The notes beneath the pieces were generated by a model. It was not told where the DNA came from, did not search any database, and was given only the letters and a program-made list of their open reading frames with translations. Shown piece by piece: positions 62,961 to 64,000 of a DNA stretch of 64,000 nt. Each line of letters starts with the position of its first letter. Position 1 is the stretch's first letter. Both the position numbers and the translations under genes were made by a program. Location: positions 142,662,001 through 142,726,000 of the forward strand of contig NC_042998.1 of assembly GCF_006345805.1 (NCBI RefSeq). The letters run 5' to 3'. Source of the stretch: Octopus sinensis. Taxonomy: Eukaryota.

Positions 62961-64000
62961 CAGCGACCTTTCTAGGATCGTTGAGTGGAGGTACGTAGGA
63001 ACAGCAATTAGGCCTCTGGGCACATAATGATTCTGGATATGTATATACAGTCTTTTATGTAACGATTCATATATCAACACATTTATATATTTACAAAATG
63101 CATATCTATCTGTGCTTAGTATATGGCATTGGCTTTTCAAGGGGTTCTGTTCGCTACTCAACAAAACAATTTCCAGGTAATTTTAGAGGTGAATTGCTGA
63201 AATTCACTTCTTCCGGGTCTTTCTTTTTAATAGCTTCAGAATTTTGGTTATAATTTTTGATTCCTCACCTCCCCACGTTTTCAATATTTTTATTTCCAGG
63301 AGATTGTATCTGGAAAACTTTTAAGTCCCCAAATTTTCAATAATTCCGTTATGGCAAAAACTTGTTGCATTCTTGCCAAAGAATCGACAATTCGTATATG
63401 TACGTACTATGTCCACAATAAAACGAATAATTATTGATGGCACAGTCCTCTTTCTATTATGAACCTGTTGATTTCTAGGATACATTATAGAAGCATAAAC
63501 TGACCTCAGTATTTAATTGTACTGTATTTTTGCCGGCCCAGGAGGATGAACGATTTCGAGGGACTGTATAAAGTCGTTACTATCTGCCACAAGGTACTCT
63601 AGCAATTCTGCCATTCATTAAAGCTGTAAGTAGGTAAACTATGGATTGATACAGCTCACCACACAAAAGAACGAGTCCAGTGTATAAATAATAATTATTT
63701 AAGTATCTATCGGATCCCAAACCAACTGCTAGTTACCGATTGTGTGTGATGATTGTTGTAACAAACCAGTGGAGAATCATTGATGAGATGACAGGGGCAA
63801 CTGCCAAGGGTGCAAAATTCTTAGGGATGCATAATTTCAAAATAAAATAAAATAAAAATAGCAATAAATAAATAACGCTCCCTCCCTGCAATATTTGTCT
63901 TGCTCCGAGCGAAATATACGGTAAACCACTTGGAATAAATAATTACCTTCTAAGCTTATTTATTCAGCGTAAGGTTTCCCAACCAGGTGAATCTTATTTC

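Overview
Eukaryotic, AT-rich, repeat-saturated DNA. I could not support any intact host protein-coding gene, so this is probably intronic or intergenic sequence. The tRNA-derived SINE families and the very dense (TA)n/(CATA)n/(CA)n microsatellites resemble a coleoid cephalopod, most likely Octopus (inference from pattern recognition, no database search). Nearly all ORFs in the supplied track are microsatellite or SINE artefacts, or decayed transposon fragments. Main contents: (1) an old, degenerate Gypsy LTR retrotransposon (27283-34048, minus) whose gag is split by a young non-coding LTR element with near-identical ~515-bp LTRs and a tRNA-Trp PBS; (2) R4/Dong-like restriction-endonuclease LINE fragments, several embedded in (CATA)n; (3) RTE LINE fragments; (4) several Tc1/mariner relics plus hAT-, piggyBac- and Helentron-like non-autonomous elements; (5) dozens of SINEs. 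The most notable hidden signal is a set of short non-coding islands, mostly sitting inside (TA)n tracts, that carry type I hammerhead ribozymes with palindromic, dimer-type stem III. One has a fully canonical core (50576-50670), one is minimal and near-canonical (48523-48557), and several are decayed or half copies, some in fold-back palindromes. This is consistent with Penelope-like pLTR or retrozyme-like elements. All folds were made by eye, and repeat boundaries are approximate unless a TSD or TIR is cited.
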